Positions 59,922 through 64,000 of a stretch of 64,000 bases of DNA are shown piece by piece. The DNA comes from Vulcanimicrobiota bacterium. Lineage in GTDB: Bacteria; Vulcanimicrobiota; Vulcanimicrobiia; Vulcanimicrobiales; Vulcanimicrobiaceae. The position numbers were made by a program, and so were the translations under genes. The stretch spans positions 2,560,001 to 2,624,000 of the forward strand of contig CAVTCS010000003.1 of the NCBI GenBank assembly GCA_963733295.1, read 5' to 3'. The notes below the pieces were generated by a model. That model saw nothing but the letters and a program-made list of their open reading frames with translations, was not told the origin of the DNA and did no database searches. Position 1 is the first letter of the stretch. Every line of letters begins with the position of its first letter.

Positions 59922-61355
59922 TCAGTACGGCGCTTCGAGCCGCGCGCGCACGTCCTTGAACAAGTCGCGGTCGTCGACGACGCGTCGCGCCTTGTGGTCG
60001 GTACGGGGAAAGGTCGCCGGCGGGCAGGCTTCGATCTTGGCGCGGACGCCGAGCACGCGCTGCAATCCCTCTCCGGCGCGGCGGGCGAAATCGGCGATTG
60101 CGGACTCGCCGCGGGCGGCCAACCCGGCGTCGAATTCGGCCCGAACCAGCAGTTCGTCCATCGAGCCTTCGCGTGAAATCACGACGCGGTGTTCGCCACC
60201 GTATCCCGCCGTCGCGTTGAGAACGTTTTCGATCTCCGCAGGGTAGACGTTCTCACCGCGGATCTGGAACATGTCGTCGATGCGGCCGTAGATGCCCTTC
60301 GGCAGCCGGGGATAGGTCCGGCCGCACGGATTCTCTTCCATAACCCAGTGGGTCAGATCGCCCGATAGCAAACGGATCATCGGCTGCGAGGTTCGTTCGA
60401 GGTGCGTGTAGACCGGCGTGCCCTGGCGGCCGTACGTGACGCGCCGCAAAGTCGACGGATCGCACACCTCGTGATAGACCACGTCTTGCCACAAGAGCAT
60501 GCCCTCGCCGCTGCCGGCGCTACCCGCCGCGCTCATGAACGGCGTCATCTCCGCCATCGTTCCGCAGTCGAACACCTTTGCGCCGTAGGCGGTGGCGATG
60601 CGCTCGCGCACCGAAGGGATCGACGCGCCCGGTTCTCCCGAGAAGAACATGATCTCCATGCCGAGCTCGCGCGGATCGTAGCCTTCTTCGCGTGCGACTT
60701 CAGCCAGACGCAACGCGTACGACGGCGTGCTGTAGAAACCGCGCGGCTTTACAGCCGCCAACCACTGCACCGCGCGCGCCGTCATGCCGGGGACTCCCGC
60801 ACCGAAGGGAAAGCTCCGGGCGCGAAGCCGCTCGGCACCGAGCAGCGTGCCCCACGAACCCATATACAGGCTGAAGATCGACGCAACGAAGATCGTGTCG
60901 CCGGGACGAAGCCCCATTCCCCAGAGGATCCGCGCGTGGTTGTTCGCGATGGCCTTCCAATCGGCGCGGCCGATGGCAAACGCCGTCGGTTGCCCGGTCG
61001 TGCCCGAGGTCCCGTGAATGTGGTGCACTTCTCGTTCGGGCTCGCAAAGATAGTCACCGAAGGGCGGCGCGGCCGCTTGCGACGCGCGCAACTCGGCTTT
61101 GGTGACGACCGGAACGCGCTCGAACGCCTCGAGCGAGTCGATCGACTCGGGATCGATCCCGGCCTCGTCCCACTTTCTGCGGTAGAACGGCGAGGTCGCA
61201 TACGCGTAGCGCATGACTTCTCGCAGCCGAACGACGATCGCCGCGTCGCGTTCCGCGGCCGGCATCGTTTCGCGCCGCGGGAACCAATACGGACTCGCGG
61301 CGTCCGGCAGGTAGCCGTCGTCGTAAGCCGGCGGGAACGCCCAGGCCTCCATCAC
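59922..61355 (-). CDS. Phenylacetate--CoA ligase (PaaK) family acyl-CoA ligase
   Basis: [42 protein letters not shown]. Confidence 0.88.
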   Translation of the reverse strand: MMEAWAFPPAYDDGYLPDAASPYWFPRRETMPAAERDAAIVVRLREVMRYAYATSPFYRRKWDEAGIDPESIDSLEAFERVPVVTKAELRASQAAAPPFGDYLCEPEREVHHIHGTSGTTGQPTAFAIGRADWKAIANNHARILWGMGLRPGDTIFVASIFSLYMGSWGTLLGAERLRARSFPFGAGVPGMTARAVQWLAAVKPRGFYSTPSYALRLAEVAREEGYDPRELGMEIMFFSGEPGASIPSVRERIATAYGAKVFDCGTMAEMTPFMSAAGSAGSGEGMLLWQDVVYHEVCDPSTLRRVTYGRQGTPVYTHLERTSQPMIRLLSGDLTHWVMEENPCGRTYPRLPKGIYGRIDDMFQIRGENVYPAEIENVLNATAGYGGEHRVVISREGSMDELLVRAEFDAGLAARGESAIADFARRAGEGLQRVLGVRAKIEACPPATFPRTDHKARRVVDDRDLFKDVRARLEAPY

Positions 61356-61777
61356 GGTGCCGCGCGGCTTCGTCGCGCGGCGCGTCCGAAGTCGGCGACC
61401 ACGCGCTCGATCCCGTCGATCAAATCCTGCGTCGTGGCGTCGGCGTCGAAGATCGCGCGAACTCCGGCCGCTTTGAGTTTCGGTACGTCGGCCTCTTGAA
61501 TCACGCCGCCTCCGATGACGGCAATGTCGTCGACCTCGCGCTCCGCCAACAGCTGCATGACCTTGGGAAAGATCGTCATGTGCGCGCCCGAGAGGATGCT
61601 GATCCCAATCACGTCGACGTCCTCCTGAATCGCCGCGTTGACGATCATCTCGGGCGTTTGATGTAAGCCGGTATACACGACCTCCATCCCTGCGTCGCGC
61701 AGCGCGCGTGCGACGATCTTGGCGCCGCGGTCGTGGCCGTCCAGGCCGGGTTTGGCAACGAGCACTTTAGTCGGCAC
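61352..61777 (-). CDS. B12-binding small subunit of acyl-CoA mutase
   Basis: [10 protein letters not shown] (DxHxxG), SILSGAH, GGG. Confidence 0.93.
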   Translation of the reverse strand: MPTKVLVAKPGLDGHDRGAKIVARALRDAGMEVVYTGLHQTPEMIVNAAIQEDVDVIGISILSGAHMTIFPKVMQLLAEREVDDIAVIGGGVIQEADVPKLKAAGVRAIFDADATTQDLIDGIERVVADFGRAARRSRAAP

Positions 61778-62711
61778 GCAGCACCTCGTTCGAGACCAAG
61801 AGGAGGAGCCGCTCGCGCGCCTGCGCGCGAGTGATGGAACGTTCTTCGAGCGCAGCGCACAGCGCGCGCGCGCCGGCACTTTCGAGTGCGGCCAGCGCGC
61901 GGCGTGCCGCTGCGTCGCGAACTTCGCGCAACACGTCGAAGCGCAGGGCTCGCACCGCGTTCGAAACGCCGCCGGCACGCGCGGCTGCGAGGGCCGCCAT
62001 CACTTCGGCGACGCCGGTGCCTTCGCTGGCGGTCGTCTGCAACACTGGGATCGAGCGCCGGCTCTCGCGGACCATCTGCAACAGCTCGGTCGCGGTGCGA
62101 TTGGCACCGGGGCGGTCGGCCATGTTGACGATGAAGATGTCGGCGATCTCCGTTAGGCCGGCTTTGATCGTTTGCACGCCGTCGCCGAGCGCCGGCACGG
62201 TCAGAACCGCGACGACGTCGGCCACGCCGACGATTTCGAGTTCGACCTGTCCCACCCCGACGGTCTCGACGAGGACGACGTCGAAGCCGGCCCGCTCGGC
62301 CAGTGCGATCGCCTGGTGCGTCGACGGCGCGAGGCCGCCGCCCGCTTCGCGCGACGCCATGCTGCGGATGAAAACGCCGGGGTCGCCGGCATGCCGCTGC
62401 ATGCGCACGCGATCGCCCAGCACCGCACCGCCGGTGAAGCGGGACGAAGGATCCACCGCGATGACAGCGACCGTTTCGCCACGCGCGCGATAACTTTCGA
62501 TCAGCCGGTCCACGAGCGTGGACTTCCCGGCACCGGGCGGTCCCGTAACGCCCACGACGTAGGCCGAGGCGGCAGCGCGCTCGAGCGGAGGGCCGAGTTG
62601 CGCCAACGCCGCCGGCAACGAAGCGTAACCGTTCTCGACCGAGCTGATCGCGCGAGCCAGATCGCGGTGCACGCGCGCGTGGACCGCGCGTGCCGCACTC
62701 GGAGCCGTCAA
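61767..62711 (-). CDS. meaB: MeaB/ArgK G-protein chaperone of the B12 mutase
   Basis: [32 protein letters not shown]. Confidence 0.93.
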   Translation of the reverse strand: MTAPSAARAVHARVHRDLARAISSVENGYASLPAALAQLGPPLERAAASAYVVGVTGPPGAGKSTLVDRLIESYRARGETVAVIAVDPSSRFTGGAVLGDRVRMQRHAGDPGVFIRSMASREAGGGLAPSTHQAIALAERAGFDVVLVETVGVGQVELEIVGVADVVAVLTVPALGDGVQTIKAGLTEIADIFIVNMADRPGANRTATELLQMVRESRRSIPVLQTTASEGTGVAEVMAALAAARAGGVSNAVRALRFDVLREVRDAAARRALAALESAGARALCAALEERSITRAQARERLLLLVSNEVLRAD

Positions 62712-64000
62712 AAGACCGGCTGCTCGACGTACACGCCGAAAATCGGCCGCAGCGCGTTGACGATCTCTCCACCGGTCGCCCGCACCCGGACTGCTTCGAT
62801 CGTCGCCGGCATGAGGTTTTCGTCGCTCGCCGCGACCCGCGCCAATTCGGCGAGCGCGGCTTGCACCTTCGCGCCGTCGCGCCGTGCTTTGGTCGCCGCC
62901 AGCCGTTCGAGTTGCCGCGCGGCCGCAGCTTCGTCGACGTGATGTAACTCGAGGTGCGGGTTGGCGCTGTCGTCGCGGTATTTCGTCACCCCGACGAGTT
63001 CCCACTCATGCCGCTCTTTGCGCTGGTAGAATTCGTAGGCCGCGTCGGCGATCTCGCGCTGGAAGAAGTTGTCCTCGATGCAGGCTACGACGCCCCCGCG
63101 CCGGTCGATTTCGGCGAAGTACGCGAAGCAACCGTCTTCGATGTCCTGCGTGAGACGCTCGACGGCGTACGAACCCGCGAGCGGGTCGATCGTGCCCGCA
63201 ACGCCGCTCTCTTCGGCGATGATCTGTTGCGTCCGCAACGCTATCTTCATCGCAGGCTCGCTCGGAATCGAAAGAGCTTCGTCGTAGCCGTTGGTGTGGA
63301 GCGACTGCGCGCCGCCCAGCACCGCCGCCAGCGCTTCGAGCGCGGTGCGGGCGATGTTGTTGAGCGGCTCGCGCGCGGTGCACGAAGCCCCCGCCGTTTG
63401 GCAGTGAAAACGCAAGCGCATCGACTCTTGCTTCTTCGCCCCGAAGCGCTCTTTCATGATCCGCGCCCATACCCGGCGCGCGGCCCGGAACTTCGCGACC
63501 TCTTCCAAGAAGTCGATCTGCGAGACGAAATAGAACGACAGGCGCGGCGCGAACTCGTCGACGCCGATGCCGAGGCGCAAAACTTCGTCGACGTATGCGA
63601 TGCCGGCCGCCAGGGTGAAGGCGACCTCTTGCAGGGCGGTCGAGCCCGCTTCGCGCGTGTGGTAACCGCTGACGTTGACCGGGTTGTAGTGCGGCAGATT
63701 CTTGGCGCCGAAGGCGATACAGTCGCGCACGATGCGCATCGACGGCTTGGGCGGATAGACCCACTCCTTCTGCGCGATGTACTCTTTGACGATGTCGTTT
63801 TGAATCGTTCCCGAAAGCTTTTTCCAGTCGATGCCGCGCTCTTCGGCGACGACCAAGTACATCGCCAGCAGGATCCAAGCCGAAGGGTTGATCGTCATCG
63901 AAACCGAGATCTTCTCGAGGTCGATCCCGTCGTACAGATCGAGCATGTCGTCGACCGAGTCGACGGCGACGCCTTCCCGGCCAACCTCACCATCGCTACG
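62708..64000 (-). CDS. Acyl-CoA mutase large subunit (HcmA-like), N-terminus outside the window
   Basis: DGEVGREGVAVD, TIQNDIVKEYIAQKEWVYP, SGYHTRE, QTAG, QSLHTNGYDEA. Confidence 0.92.
   Translation of the reverse strand, partial: RSDGEVGREGVAVDSVDDMLDLYDGIDLEKISVSMTINPSAWILLAMYLVVAEERGIDWKKLSGTIQNDIVKEYIAQKEWVYPPKPSMRIVRDCIAFGAKNLPHYNPVNVSGYHTREAGSTALQEVAFTLAAGIAYVDEVLRLGIGVDEFAPRLSFYFVSQIDFLEEVAKFRAARRVWARIMKERFGAKKQESMRLRFHCQTAGASCTAREPLNNIARTALEALAAVLGGAQSLHTNGYDEALSIPSEPAMKIALRTQQIIAEESGVAGTIDPLAGSYAVERLTQDIEDGCFAYFAEIDRRGGVVACIEDNFFQREIADAAYEFYQRKERHEWELVGVTKYRDDSANPHLELHHVDEAAAARQLERLAATKARRDGAKVQAALAELARVAASDENLMPATIEAVRVRATGGEIVNALRPIFGVYVEQPVF

Overview
High-GC bacterial chromosomal window. 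The gene content and lipoprotein style suggest Ca. Eremiobacterota/Vulcanimicrobiota; this is an inference, not tested. The left part is mostly housekeeping: gyrA-trxA-selA-selB, tsaE-tsaB-rimI-yqeK-rsfS, comEA, leuS, and comEC (disrupted by three apparent +1 insertions). The remainder is accessory: a translationally coupled operon of two unknown proteins plus a DyP peroxidase, a disulfide-reductase-family flavoprotein lacking its redox cysteines, IS3 and IS21 scars, an Fe3+/polyamine-type ABC transporter, secreted peptidases and beta-propeller lipoproteins, nfeD-slipin, a sugar-acid dehydratase cluster, and an HcmA-like B12 acyl-CoA mutase operon at the right edge. The most striking item is hidden from the ORF track. 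ORFs 50609..50851 and 50222..50569 are one reading frame interrupted by a TGA that creates a UxxC motif (SPT-U-GE-C) and is followed by a SECIS-like hairpin. This predicts an exported thioredoxin-fold selenolipoprotein inside a CmtR-like ArsR / MerT-like / thioredoxin-like heavy-metal operon, in a genome whose selA and selB lie in this same window. No rRNA, tRNA or CRISPR array was recognised.
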